Source: an uncultured Bacteroidota bacterium (GTDB taxonomy: Bacteria; Bacteroidota; Ignavibacteria; UBA10030; UBA6906). Taken from it: 64,000 nt of DNA. The notes beneath the pieces were generated by a model. That model saw only the letters and a program-made list of their open reading frames with translations, did no database searches and was not told the DNA's origin. The position numbers and the translations under genes were made by a program. This document shows, one piece after another, positions 38,223 through 48,347 of the stretch. The first letter of the stretch is position 1, and each line of letters begins with the position of its first letter. Location of the stretch: the NCBI GenBank assembly GCA_963700635.1, contig CAVOYH010000004.1:672001-736000 (forward strand), written 5' to 3'.

Positions 38223-39839
38223 ATGCGAAAACGATTTTCGATAGTCACGATGTCGGCATTGGTGATCTTGAGTCTGTTGGCCGGAGCACAGCTGAATCGT
38301 CTGTTTTCAGGGGATAGCGTTCTCCCTCAGGTGAACAAGTACTCTGATGTCCTGAGTATCACACACAAATTTTATGTCGACGATGTCGACACGCAGAAGC
38401 TTACGGAATCGGCAATCGGGGGGCTTCTGGGACAACTTGATCCCCACTCCGTGTACATCCCTGCATCCGCGATGCCCAAGGTGACAGAAGAGTTTCAGGG
38501 AAGTTTTGAGGGTATCGGGATTGAATATCAGGTTCTCGACGACACGCTTCTCGTGGTTGCGCCTATTGTGGGCGGACCGAGTGAAGCTCTGGGGATCCTC
38601 TCTGGAGACAAGATTGTGAGGATTGACGACTCCTCGGCCGTCGGGATAACCCAGGAAGGCGTGCAAAAAAAGCTCCGGGGTCCCAAAGGCACGAAGGTGA
38701 AGGTCACCATCGTACGGTCCGGCCTGAAAGAGCGTCTGGAGTTCGAGATTACGCGCGACAAAATACCCATTTACACCGTGGATGCGTCGTTTATGATCCA
38801 GCCGGAAGTTGGGTATGTTAATGTCAACCGGTTCGCGGCCACCACCCATGAAGAGTTCATCGAGGCGGTGTCAAAACTGCATGCGGCCGGAATGAAACGC
38901 CTGATTCTGGATCTCCGGACCAACGCGGGAGGGTATCTGGAGCAGGCGTATCGGATGGTCGATGAGCTTCTTCCCAAAGGCAAGAAAATTGTGTACACAA
39001 AGGGCAGGCGTTCGGAATTCGATGATGAATTTGTTGCATCGGGCGCGGGCCGGTATCAGGATCTTACGCTGGTGATTCTCGTGAACAACGGCTCCGCATC
39101 CGCGAGTGAAATTGTGGCGGGCGCGATTCAGGACTGGGACAGGGGGCTCATTGTCGGCGAAACCACTTTCGGCAAAGGGCTGGTGCAGAGGCAGTTTGAG
39201 CTAAAAGACGGCTCCGGATTCCGGTTGACGACGGCGCGATACTATACGCCGAGCGGCCGTCTGATCCAGCGTCCCTATGACAAAGACAAAACGAAGTATC
39301 AACGTGAGGCCTTCGAACGTGAAGAGCAGGAGGGGGAGAACCTTTCCCACGAAGCCGAAAAGGACTCGTCGCGGCCCAAGTACAAGACCATGGGCGGCCG
39401 GATTGTGTACGGAGGCGGCGGTATTACACCGGATTACATTGTCAAGTCAGACCGGCTGAACAGTTACACGGTTCAACTTCGCGGGAAACAGGTGTTCCTT
39501 CAGGCTGCGGAAAGAATCCTGGATCGGGAGGGAGCCGCCCTGCGTTCGACATACGAGAAAGACGTGGAGCGTTTTGTGAAAGAGTTTGAGATTACCGAAG
39601 CCAGGCTTGGTGAAATTCAGGAGATTGCAGCAGCACGCGGTGTGACCCTGAACAAGGCTCAGTTTGATGAGGACAGCCGTTTCATCAAGGCGTACACAAA
39701 GGCATTTATTGCCCGGAGCATCTGGGGCAATGAGGGATACGCGCGGGTGATGCTGGAAGAGGATACACAATTCGCAAAGGCCCTCATCCTGGTGCCTGAG
39801 GCGGAGAAGATCGCAAAAACATTCACGAGCCTGAAGTAG
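38223..39839 (+). CDS. ctpA: S41 carboxy-terminal processing protease
   Basis: LDPHS, PDZ GIGI, DLRTNAGG, SASASEIVAGAIQD, GETTFGKG. Confidence 0.94.
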   Translation: MRKRFSIVTMSALVILSLLAGAQLNRLFSGDSVLPQVNKYSDVLSITHKFYVDDVDTQKLTESAIGGLLGQLDPHSVYIPASAMPKVTEEFQGSFEGIGIEYQVLDDTLLVVAPIVGGPSEALGILSGDKIVRIDDSSAVGITQEGVQKKLRGPKGTKVKVTIVRSGLKERLEFEITRDKIPIYTVDASFMIQPEVGYVNVNRFAATTHEEFIEAVSKLHAAGMKRLILDLRTNAGGYLEQAYRMVDELLPKGKKIVYTKGRRSEFDDEFVASGAGRYQDLTLVILVNNGSASASEIVAGAIQDWDRGLIVGETTFGKGLVQRQFELKDGSGFRLTTARYYTPSGRLIQRPYDKDKTKYQREAFEREEQEGENLSHEAEKDSSRPKYKTMGGRIVYGGGGITPDYIVKSDRLNSYTVQLRGKQVFLQAAERILDREGAALRSTYEKDVERFVKEFEITEARLGEIQEIAAARGVTLNKAQFDEDSRFIKAYTKAFIARSIWGNEGYARVMLEEDTQFAKALILVPEAEKIAKTFTSLK

Positions 39840-40657
39840 TGAAGCACGCCGCGCTGAGGGGAAGTCTGCTCCTCTCCATTCTGGTCTTGTGGTGTGGTGT
39901 GACGGCGCCGGTCTGTGCCCAGCCGCGCACAGATCCTCCCTCGCGCGTTCTGATTGAAGGGGAGGATCTTATTTATAATGTCCGGTACACCTTTATTGAT
40001 CTCGGACAGGTGCGTATCAAGAATCTCGGCAGGCACAGTGACAACTCCTTCCACGCGTACAATGCGCGCGCGTTGATCGATTCGTACAAAGGTGTTCCGT
40101 TTGTGGACCTGCATGCCACCTTTGAAAGCACCATCGATTCCGCCGTCTATTCCCGCGGCTTTACCGGAAAAGTAAAACAGGATAACGCCTGGGATTTTGC
40201 GCGGTACAATTTTGAGTACGACCGGCACCGCGTGATCATGGAAATGGGCCATCGGGATACTGTCGTGGCGGAGCGTGAAACACTGTCCATCGGGAACCGG
40301 ACCCAGGACGGACTCTCCCTGTTCTTTCTGGCGCGGGATCAGCTTTATGCCGGTCGGACTCTGGAAATTCCCTGCATCATTACAGAGAGCAAGGTGAATG
40401 CATTTATCACGTTCGGCAGGGAACGTGAAGAAGTGGAAGTGGATGCCGTCGATTATCCTGTTGACGTCATACGGTTTGACGGTACCGCGGACTTTGTCGG
40501 AATTTTTGGCATGACCGGCGATTTTACCGGATGGTTTTCCAATGACGAAGCGCGCGTACCGATTCTGGCCAAGATGAAAGTGCTCATCGGCAGCGTGACG
40601 ATTGAATTGATGTCCTGGAAAAGGCCGGGGTGGGAGCCCCCCCGTGTGCCGGGATAA
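39839..40657 (+). CDS. DUF3108-like secreted protein
   Basis: Signal peptide; GEDLIYNVRY..LG; WFSNDEARVP..K.KV.IGSV. Confidence 0.78.
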   Translation: MKHAALRGSLLLSILVLWCGVTAPVCAQPRTDPPSRVLIEGEDLIYNVRYTFIDLGQVRIKNLGRHSDNSFHAYNARALIDSYKGVPFVDLHATFESTIDSAVYSRGFTGKVKQDNAWDFARYNFEYDRHRVIMEMGHRDTVVAERETLSIGNRTQDGLSLFFLARDQLYAGRTLEIPCIITESKVNAFITFGREREEVEVDAVDYPVDVIRFDGTADFVGIFGMTGDFTGWFSNDEARVPILAKMKVLIGSVTIELMSWKRPGWEPPRVPG

Positions 40658-40660
40658 CGT

Positions 40661-41170
40661 ATGCATATCCTCGGCCACCACGGTGTCAACCCCACGATCC
40701 ATCCCACTGCGTTTGTTGCGGCCGGAGCCTGTCTGATCGGAGCGGTTGACGTGGCGGAAGACTGTAGCATCTGGTTTAATGCCGTTCTCAGAGGTGACAT
40801 CAATCACATCCGTGTGGGCCGCCGGACAAACATCCAGGATGGAACCATCATCCATGTGACCCACGAATATCCGGTCGAGATTGCTGACGAGGTGACGGTC
40901 GGGCACCAGGCCATGCTGCATGGATGCCGCATCGGGTTTCGGGCGTTGATCGGGATGAACGCTGTGGTCCTGGATAATGTTCGGATCGGCGCCTATGCCC
41001 TCGTTGCTGCCGGTTCAGTCGTGCGTGAGCACGTTGAGGTGCCCGAAGGTATGCTCGTGGCAGGCGTACCGGCACGGGTCGTTCGTCCGCTGACCGCGGA
41101 GGAACGTCTGGGTCTCGAGCAATCGGCGGAACACTACGTGCAGTATGCGAGGAGCTACGCTCAACCATGA
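40661..41170 (+). CDS. Gamma carbonic anhydrase family (YrdA/PaaY-like) protein
   Basis: VLRGD, TNIQDG..IH, VGH..LHGC; hexapeptide repeats. Confidence 0.93.
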   Translation: MHILGHHGVNPTIHPTAFVAAGACLIGAVDVAEDCSIWFNAVLRGDINHIRVGRRTNIQDGTIIHVTHEYPVEIADEVTVGHQAMLHGCRIGFRALIGMNAVVLDNVRIGAYALVAAGSVVREHVEVPEGMLVAGVPARVVRPLTAEERLGLEQSAEHYVQYARSYAQP

Positions 41171-42063
41171 AACTTGTATTCTGGGGAACACGTGGTTCAC
41201 TTCCGTCGCCCGGCGCGGGCACGGTCCGGTACGGGGGCAATACCCCCTGCGTGGAGGTGCGGTTTGCGAACAATGAGCTGTTGATTTTTGATGCCGGCAC
41301 GGGTTTGCGCGGTCTTGGTGATGCGATCGCTGCGGCGGGGGGCACGATCAAGACGTACCTGGCCATCAGTCATCCGCATTGGGATCACATCCAGGGCTTC
41401 CCCTTTTTTAAACCGGCATTTATTGCCGGAAACGAGCTCACGATCATCGGGGCGCAAACGCGGAACATCACCCTCCGCCAGATGATCGCGTCGCAAATGG
41501 ATGAGGTGTACTTCCCCGTCCAGTTGAACGAGCTGAAGGCAAAGATCCGGTTTCGGCCGGTTCGCGAAGAGACCATTCCCGTGTTTGACGGGATGCTGAG
41601 CACGATGTTCGTGAACCATCCGGCGTTTGCCCTGGGCTTCCGCCTCACGGTGGGCAGCCGGTCGATTGTGTACATCACGGACAACGAGCCGTTTGACCGC
41701 GAGAGCGCGATATCGCTGAAGAATGTTGATAAAAACATCATGGACCTTTACCTCCGGCAGAAGGGTGATCCGAATCAGCGGGTATTTGACTTCGCCCGCG
41801 GTGCGGATATCCTGATTCACGATGCAACCTATACGCCGGAAGAATATGTCAATCATGTGGGGTGGGGGCATTCCGATTATCTGTTTGCGTTGAAAGTCGC
41901 TTCGGAGGCAGAGGTAAAAACACTCGTGCTTTTCCATCACGACCAGACGCGCACTGATGAGCGGATAGATACAATTCTGGCCGAGTGTCGCAAAGAAATT
42001 GCCCGGCGCGGTTTCCGGTTCGACTGTGTTGCGGCGGCCGAGGGTATGGAATTACTCTGGTAA
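41167..42063 (+). CDS. MBL-fold metallo-hydrolase (phosphodiesterase/RNase Z-like)
   Basis: FWGTRGS..YGGNTPC, HPHWDH, WGHS, FHHD. Confidence 0.9.
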   Translation: MKLVFWGTRGSLPSPGAGTVRYGGNTPCVEVRFANNELLIFDAGTGLRGLGDAIAAAGGTIKTYLAISHPHWDHIQGFPFFKPAFIAGNELTIIGAQTRNITLRQMIASQMDEVYFPVQLNELKAKIRFRPVREETIPVFDGMLSTMFVNHPAFALGFRLTVGSRSIVYITDNEPFDRESAISLKNVDKNIMDLYLRQKGDPNQRVFDFARGADILIHDATYTPEEYVNHVGWGHSDYLFALKVASEAEVKTLVLFHHDQTRTDERIDTILAECRKEIARRGFRFDCVAAAEGMELLW

Positions 42064-42076
42064 GCAGGCAGGAAAC

Positions 42077-42105
42077 TTGACAATAAGCCGATTCGTGGCT
42101 ATCAT
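42077..42105 (+). promoter_or_regulatory. Strong sigma70-like promoter for the ybeY-smg-topA-xerC operon
   Basis: TTGACA-N17-TATCAT. Confidence 0.75.
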
Positions 42106-42123
42106 CCACCAGGTGAGGTAAGC

Positions 42124-42621
42124 ATGTCGTTCACGCTGAAACCGTCCGACATCAAGAAACTGGAAAAGACTTTCGGCGTCCAGGCACGGAGTATGGGCGA
42201 CAATGTGCGTTTTGAACTGGCCGCGTCCGATGCGCATCGTAAACTCGCGCTGGAAGTGTATTCGCAGATTCCCATCGGCAGCCAGAAGGGAACGCTGGTC
42301 TCCGTGTATACGCAGAATGCCCATCTTCAGCTCCACTTCTGTTCGGGGTATGTCGTCAGTGAGCTTCTGGGTGAGGTGACGTTTGTGGCGGAGCAGGCGG
42401 GCAAGCTCTCAGGCCTGATTGTGGAACGCGAAGGTGGGTGCTCGTTGTTTGCAAATGTAGACCGGTCTCTGGTGTCCGGTGATTTTACGAAACTGGGCCC
42501 GGAGGTGATGTTATCGGGCATAGCGTTGTCACTGACAGACGGAATTCTGGAATCTCCCAAGAAGGTACCGAAGCGGAAGACAGGACGGGTGCGAAGAAGG
42601 AGCAAGACGTCGAGGGCATGA
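42124..42621 (+). CDS. Hypothetical protein with a basic C-terminal tail
   Basis: GAGG RBS; promoter directly upstream; ATGA overlap with ybeY. Confidence 0.8.
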   Translation: MSFTLKPSDIKKLEKTFGVQARSMGDNVRFELAASDAHRKLALEVYSQIPIGSQKGTLVSVYTQNAHLQLHFCSGYVVSELLGEVTFVAEQAGKLSGLIVEREGGCSLFANVDRSLVSGDFTKLGPEVMLSGIALSLTDGILESPKKVPKRKTGRVRRRSKTSRA

Positions 42622-43058
42622 TCATCCTTCAGGTGCTGAACGCCCACGGTCGCCGTCGGGCACCACGCACGGTGCTCAAACGGGCGGCGCGTGAGGCGCT
42701 TCGCGGAGAAGGCGTGAGGAATGCCTCCATCGGTATTGTCTGCCTCAATGACCGCCAATGCCGGCGCTTGAACAAAAAGTACCTGGGGCACGACTATACC
42801 ACGGACGTACTCAGCTTCCCGCTCGAGAAATCTCCGAGTCTCGAAGGAGAAGTGTACGTCAACATGGATCGTGCGCGGATTCAAGCGCAGGATTTCGGCG
42901 TGACTCCGCTCCATGAGCTTGCCCGCCTGGTCATTCACGGAACACTCCATCTCACGGGGTCCGACGACCGTACGCCCGCCCGCGCGGCGCGGATGCATGC
43001 CCGTGAAGACCGGTATCTGGCCAGGGTGTTCAAGAGGCACACACAAACCAGGAGCTGA
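42618..43058 (+). CDS. ybeY: rRNA maturation endoribonuclease YbeY
   Basis: LN..YLGHDYTTDVLSF, GEVYV, HGTLHLTGSDD. Confidence 0.92.
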   Translation: MIILQVLNAHGRRRAPRTVLKRAAREALRGEGVRNASIGIVCLNDRQCRRLNKKYLGHDYTTDVLSFPLEKSPSLEGEVYVNMDRARIQAQDFGVTPLHELARLVIHGTLHLTGSDDRTPARAARMHAREDRYLARVFKRHTQTRS

Positions 43059-43516
43059 TGAAAAATCGGGTTGTTGAAATACTTGTCTTCCTGATGGCTG
43101 AAATGCGGGAGGACAAACAGCTGCACGAGATTGATATTGCACCCCTGCGTGACAGGGGATATACCACCTCGGAGATCAGCGCTGCATTTAGCTGGCTGTA
43201 CGATAATCTCGGATCGGGCCACGCGGAAGCCCAGTCACAATCCCGCGCCGCCGAAGGATCACGGCGGATTCTCCACGAGGCCGAACGGATGCTGTTTTCG
43301 ATCGATGCCCAGGGATATTTGATACAACTCGCGGAACTCGGCTTGCTCGATGAACGTGATACTGAAGCGGTGATCGAGCGGGCCCTCGGCTCGGGATATG
43401 CCGGACTGTCTCTGCTGGAGGTACGCGAGCTTGTGGCCCTCGTTCTCTCCTCCCGCGACCGACCCGCCGGAGGAGGCGGGTATTCGATGTTGAACAATGA
43501 GGATACGATACACTGA
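43058..43516 (+). CDS. smg: DUF494/Smg-family protein
   Basis: ILVFL, GY...EI..AFSWL, RILH..E; lies just upstream of topA. Confidence 0.85.
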   Translation: MKNRVVEILVFLMAEMREDKQLHEIDIAPLRDRGYTTSEISAAFSWLYDNLGSGHAEAQSQSRAAEGSRRILHEAERMLFSIDAQGYLIQLAELGLLDERDTEAVIERALGSGYAGLSLLEVRELVALVLSSRDRPAGGGGYSMLNNEDTIH

Positions 43517-45891
43517 TGGCGTCAAAAAAAACGAAACTGACACCCGAACAACCAACTTCGCAGCAGGATCCAAAACCCAAGCGCAAAAAACGTTCCCCTA
43601 AGGCATCACCTTCGTGGTCCGGCGATGGGAACGGTAGGTCTCTGATCGTCGTCGAATCTCCTGCCAAAGCCAAGACGATCAACAAGTACCTGGGCAACAT
43701 GTATCACGTCGAGCCCTCGGTCGGCCATATCAAGAACCTCCCCAAAAGCCGCATCGGCATCGACGTTGATGCAGGCTTCGCGCCGGAGTACGAGACGATA
43801 AAGGGGAAGGACGAAGTGATCGCCCGTTTGAAGCAGCACGCGGCGAAAGCGGAAGCGGTCTACATCGCAACCGACCCGGATCGCGAAGGGGAGGCGATTG
43901 CCTGGCATATCGCACGCGAAGTTGAACAGACCAATAAGAACATCTATCGCGTCCTGTTCCACGAAATCACCGAACGGGGCATCGCCGAGGCGATGGAACG
44001 TCCGGCACGCATCGATGAACACCTGGTGAATTCGCAGCAGGCACGCCGTGCCATGGACCGCCTGGTCGGCTACAAGGTTTCCCCCTTTGTCTGGAAGACG
44101 GTTTTTTATGGACTGTCTGCGGGCCGGGTGCAGTCGGTGGCTGTCCGGATCCTTTGCGAACGGGAGGAAGGAATTGTATCATTCCTGCCCCAGGAGTACT
44201 GGTCCATCATCGGCGAATTTAAGACCCCCACCAGCGAACCATTTTTTGCCAAGCTGTTCAAGGTCGACGGTGATGATCCCGTCATAGGCGACAGCACGAC
44301 CGCGGAAGGGTATGTCAATGCGATCCGCGCCGAGCAGTTCACCATCGCGGATATTCAGAAAAAACCGGTCAAGCGCAATCCGCCGCCTCCATTCATCACG
44401 AGCACATTACAACAGGAAGCCGCCCGCCGGCTTCGCTTCCCGGCGAAACGTACGATGATGATGGCACAGAAACTGTACGAAGGTATTGAGCTCGGAGAAG
44501 AAGGCCGGGTTGGATTGATCACGTATATGCGCACGGATTCCACACGCCTCAGCGAGGATGCGGTGCGGGAAATACGTGATTACATCTATCAGAACTACGG
44601 AAAGGAATACCTCCCGCACGATCCGAGGCTGTTTAAAAAGGGGAAGGCTTCCCAGGATGCCCATGAAGCGATTCGGCCGACGTCGGCAAAACATTCCCCC
44701 AAAGCCGTTAAAAAGTATCTTGATCCTGAGATGTTCGATCTGTACGAGCTTATCTGGAACCGGTTCGTCGCCTGTCAGATGAGCCCCGCCGTCGCAGAGC
44801 AGACTACAGTGGATATCAGGGGCGGCGAGTACCTTTTCCGGGCAACGGATGCGATCCCGACGTTTCGCGGATTCCTGCAGGTCTATGATGACATGGTCGA
44901 CGAGGCCGAAAAGCAGAACGACGAGGATCCGGCCACCAAACTCCCGGCGAATCTCCGGCCGGACGAACGCGCAGATCTTACCAATATTCTTCCCAATCAG
45001 CATTTTACAAAGCCGCCCGCCCGGTTTACGGAGTCAAGCCTGGTCCGTGAACTCGAAGCGCTGGGCATCGGACGCCCCAGCACGTATGCGCTCATCGTGG
45101 ATACTATCCAGGCGCGTAAATATGTTGAACAGCGCGAACGCCGGCTCTACCCTACAACCCTCGGTCAGGCTGTCAACAAGATTCTGGTGCAGAACTTCCC
45201 GCATATCTTCACCGTCGGCTTCACCGCAAAAATGGAGGAGGAGCTGGATACGATCGCCTCAGGGAAACAGACGTACCAGCAGGTCATGGAGGACTTTTAC
45301 CTTCCGTTCATCCGGGATCTGGAAGGTGTAGATAAAAACAGCGCTGCAATCAAGAAGTCGTTGCAGGAATCCACCGATGAGGTCTGTCCCCTGTGCGGGA
45401 AACCCATGATCATCAAATGGGGGCGAAACGGGCGCTTTATGGCCTGCAGCGGATATCCGGCCTGCAAAAGCACAAAACCGCTGCCGGAAGAACAGGAACT
45501 CACAAAACATGCCGTGGGCATCAAATGTGACCAGTGCGGTGGTGATATGATCGTCAAAGGGGGAAAGTTCGGCGCGTTTCTGGGATGCTCGAACTATCCA
45601 ACCTGCAAGAATACCCGACCACTGTCCATCGGCGTATCCTGCCCGAAGTGCAAAGATGGAGACGTCATCGAACGGAAGACGAAGAGAAAAAGGATGTTCT
45701 ACGGGTGCTCCCGGTATCCCGACTGCGACTTCGCATCGTGGGAGAAGCCGGTGGCGCGTGTCTGTGACACGTGCGGCAATGAGTATATGGTGCAGAAATA
45801 CAACCAGACCCGGGGCGAGTATCTGGTGTGCCCCGCCTGCAAAGCCGAAGTTGCAAAAGAGGCACTTCCCGAGCCTTCCGACGAAAGGTAG
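43516..45891 (+). CDS. topA: DNA topoisomerase I (type IA) with C-terminal zinc ribbons
   Basis: IVESPAKAKTI, ATDPDREGE, SAGRVQS, ITYMRTDS, GIGRPSTY; repeated CxxC motifs. Confidence 0.98.
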   Translation: MASKKTKLTPEQPTSQQDPKPKRKKRSPKASPSWSGDGNGRSLIVVESPAKAKTINKYLGNMYHVEPSVGHIKNLPKSRIGIDVDAGFAPEYETIKGKDEVIARLKQHAAKAEAVYIATDPDREGEAIAWHIAREVEQTNKNIYRVLFHEITERGIAEAMERPARIDEHLVNSQQARRAMDRLVGYKVSPFVWKTVFYGLSAGRVQSVAVRILCEREEGIVSFLPQEYWSIIGEFKTPTSEPFFAKLFKVDGDDPVIGDSTTAEGYVNAIRAEQFTIADIQKKPVKRNPPPPFITSTLQQEAARRLRFPAKRTMMMAQKLYEGIELGEEGRVGLITYMRTDSTRLSEDAVREIRDYIYQNYGKEYLPHDPRLFKKGKASQDAHEAIRPTSAKHSPKAVKKYLDPEMFDLYELIWNRFVACQMSPAVAEQTTVDIRGGEYLFRATDAIPTFRGFLQVYDDMVDEAEKQNDEDPATKLPANLRPDERADLTNILPNQHFTKPPARFTESSLVRELEALGIGRPSTYALIVDTIQARKYVEQRERRLYPTTLGQAVNKILVQNFPHIFTVGFTAKMEEELDTIASGKQTYQQVMEDFYLPFIRDLEGVDKNSAAIKKSLQESTDEVCPLCGKPMIIKWGRNGRFMACSGYPACKSTKPLPEEQELTKHAVGIKCDQCGGDMIVKGGKFGAFLGCSNYPTCKNTRPLSIGVSCPKCKDGDVIERKTKRKRMFYGCSRYPDCDFASWEKPVARVCDTCGNEYMVQKYNQTRGEYLVCPACKAEVAKEALPEPSDER

Positions 45892-45895
45892 AGAT

Positions 45896-46789
45896 ACGGA
45901 AAGCGAGACACACAGCGCCCTGTTTCTGGCGTACCTCTCAGCCGAAAGGCGTGCGTCGCCGAACACCATTACTGCGTACACGGAGGATCTGCGTCAGTTC
46001 AGCGCCTTTCTGCTCGGCGCGGGCCGGACCCCTGCAACGGTTGATCATATCCTGATCCGGCGGTTTCTCGGCACGCTACTGGATCAGGGGATGGGAAAGC
46101 GGAGTGTCGCCCGCAAGCTGGCATGCCTGCGGTCGTTCTATAAGTTCCTGAAGAGGCGCGGAGTCATCAGCACAAACCCCACGGCGCTTGTGGCAACACC
46201 CCGCCTCGAGCGGCGATTGCCGTCGTTTCTTGACGAGCAGACGGTCGCGCAGGTTCTGGAGCATCCCGACCGCTCGACCACCGAAGGGTTGCGTGACGCC
46301 GCTATTCTCGAGCTGTTCTACAGCACCGGCATGAGACTGAGTGAGTTGCTGCACCTGCGTCCCGAAGACATTCACCTGCGCGAACGTACCCTGAAGGTGA
46401 CCGGAAAAGGGAGCAAGCAGCGGATCATACCGTTCGGGCACAAGGCACGCAAGGCTCTGCAGGACTGGATGAACGTCCGGAAGGACTATGTGCGGCCGGG
46501 GGATGACCCGGGAACGACGTTTCTTACGGTTCGCGGTCGGGCGATGAGCCCTAAAGGGGTGAATGTGGTCGTCAACCGGCACATCGGAGCAGTTTCTGAG
46601 CTGCAGAAAAAAAGTCCGCACGTCCTGCGCCACACCTTTGCCACACATCTGGTGAACCGCGGAGCTGATCTCCAGGCGGTCCGCGAACTGCTCGGCCATG
46701 AAAGTCTGTCAACAACCCAGATCTATACCCACGTGGGAATTGATCGGTTAAAAAAAGTGTATGCATTAGCGCACCCGAAGGGAACGTGA
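45896..46789 (+). CDS. xerC: Tyrosine recombinase XerC (start codon uncertain)
   Basis: Catalytic set GMRLSE, GKGSK, HVLRH, LLGH and TQIYT; topA-adjacent. No ATG or GTG at the expected start; candidates are ACG 45896 and TTG 45851. Confidence 0.88.
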   Translation, partial: TESETHSALFLAYLSAERRASPNTITAYTEDLRQFSAFLLGAGRTPATVDHILIRRFLGTLLDQGMGKRSVARKLACLRSFYKFLKRRGVISTNPTALVATPRLERRLPSFLDEQTVAQVLEHPDRSTTEGLRDAAILELFYSTGMRLSELLHLRPEDIHLRERTLKVTGKGSKQRIIPFGHKARKALQDWMNVRKDYVRPGDDPGTTFLTVRGRAMSPKGVNVVVNRHIGAVSELQKKSPHVLRHTFATHLVNRGADLQAVRELLGHESLSTTQIYTHVGIDRLKKVYALAHPKGT

Positions 46790-46823
46790 CCTCGGTCCAT
46801 CAGTCACTGAAAGGAGACGCATC

Positions 46824-47156
46824 ATGAATATCACCTTCACCGCACGGCACTTCCGCCCCCACCCTGAACTAAAGCAGCATGCTCTGGATACAGTAAAAAA
46901 ACTGCACAAATTTTACGACGGAATTGTTACGGCGAATGTGGTTCTCAGCTATGAACGGGCAACCAACAGCGTCAAGACTGCGGAAATCAACGTCCATGTG
47001 TATGGCAGCGTCCTCACGGCGAAAGAAAAATCCGACGACTATCACAAATCGATCGATAAGGCTGCAGCAAAACTGACCCTGCGACTGGAGAAGTACAAGT
47101 CCAAACTCCGATCGAAGGACAAGAGCCGCGTCCGAGCGATTCAGGATAAAGTATGA
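46824..47156 (+). CDS. hpf: Ribosome hibernation factor (short HPF/RaiA)
   Basis: MNITFTARH, AEINVHV.G, SIDKA..KL..RLEKYK.K; AAGGAG RBS. Confidence 0.92.
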   Translation: MNITFTARHFRPHPELKQHALDTVKKLHKFYDGIVTANVVLSYERATNSVKTAEINVHVYGSVLTAKEKSDDYHKSIDKAAAKLTLRLEKYKSKLRSKDKSRVRAIQDKV

Positions 47157-48160
47157 AAATCGACCCGGGAGGGGAAACCCGCAAGGGGAGTATCACGGTC
47201 GGTTTCCTCTTTGAGATCACCAAAGACCGCTTCAAGCTCCGGAGCCTGAACGGCGAGAACGGTTTTACGAACGAGATTAAGGATAAGAACCTTCACCGAC
47301 CCGGACTCGCGCTCGCGGGATATGTGGAACTCTTCACCTATGATCGTGTCCAGATCATGGGCAACACGGAAATACGGTATCTCAAATCTCTGAATGCCGC
47401 GCAGCGCCAGGCCGCGTTTTCGTCGCTGCTTGAATTCCAGATTCCCTGCATCGTGTTGACCAACGACAACACGGTCGAGCCCGATTTGCTGGCTGCAGCG
47501 TCAGCCAGGAACATTCCGGTGTTCGGGACACCGTTCAGCACAACAAAAGTGTCCTACTTCCTCGCGGATTTTCTGGATGACCAGTTTGCACCGCAGATGA
47601 TGCTCCACGGGTCGCTTGTGGACGTTTACGGCGTGGGCGTTCTCCTGACGGGGCGTTCGGGAATTGGGAAGAGCGAGATCGCGCTCGACCTGGTTGAGCG
47701 TGGTCACCGCCTGGCGGCTGACGATGTCGTGATGATCACCCGGAAAGGGGAGGGCATTCTGATCGGCGCCGGAACCGACCTGGTAAAACACCTCATGGAG
47801 GTCCGGGGCCTGGGACTTATTGATGTCCGGAGCATGTTCGGGATCCGGGCCATCCGCTACCAGAAGCGGGTAGAAGTGGTCATCGAGCTTGAGGAGTGGA
47901 ATCCGGATGAGGATTATACACGGACCGGGTTGGACGACCTTACCGTGAACATTCTGGAGGTGGAAATCCCGCTTGTAAAATTGCCAATTTTCCCCGGTAA
48001 AAATGTAACTGTTATAACCGAAGTGATCTCCCTCAATTACCTGCTCAAACACTACGGGTATGATGCAGCCAAAGTCTTCGCAAAACGGCTGGAAGGGACG
48101 ATCGGACAGAAAACCAAGGGGAACCGGGCAATCGACTATTTTGAGCATGATTTTGAGTAG
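47153..48160 (+). CDS. hprK: HPr(Ser) kinase/phosphorylase
   Basis: HRPGLALAG, GRSGIGKSE, LAADD, EVRGLG. Confidence 0.96.
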   Translation: MKIDPGGETRKGSITVGFLFEITKDRFKLRSLNGENGFTNEIKDKNLHRPGLALAGYVELFTYDRVQIMGNTEIRYLKSLNAAQRQAAFSSLLEFQIPCIVLTNDNTVEPDLLAAASARNIPVFGTPFSTTKVSYFLADFLDDQFAPQMMLHGSLVDVYGVGVLLTGRSGIGKSEIALDLVERGHRLAADDVVMITRKGEGILIGAGTDLVKHLMEVRGLGLIDVRSMFGIRAIRYQKRVEVVIELEEWNPDEDYTRTGLDDLTVNILEVEIPLVKLPIFPGKNVTVITEVISLNYLLKHYGYDAAKVFAKRLEGTIGQKTKGNRAIDYFEHDFE

Positions 48161-48176
48161 AAATCGAAGTTTTTGC

Positions 48177-48205
48177 TTGACAACACCCTGATTATTCTTT
48201 ATTTT
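48177..48205 (+). promoter_or_regulatory. sigma70-like promoter upstream of the long M23 leader
   Basis: TTGACA-N17-TATTTT. Confidence 0.65.
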
Positions 48206-48347
48206 TCCGTCGCATTTGAGGATACCCTGCTCCGGTGGGCGTTGGAATCGCAGGCGTTGGAAGGGGTCATTTCCAGGCTGTGAGGTGTGGCACGTAGTTT
48301 GCCTTTTTCCCTTCAGCGGGATACGGTGGAAAACAAAGGAGGTTTTG

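Noticed and set aside
39659-40921. 420-aa antisense ORF
   Set aside because: Spans three coupled + strand genes and has no recognisable domain.
45656-46789. Tyrosine recombinase as a marker of an integrative element
   Set aside because: Housekeeping topA-xerC-hpf context, with no att repeats or cargo. The track's 45656 start lies deep inside topA.
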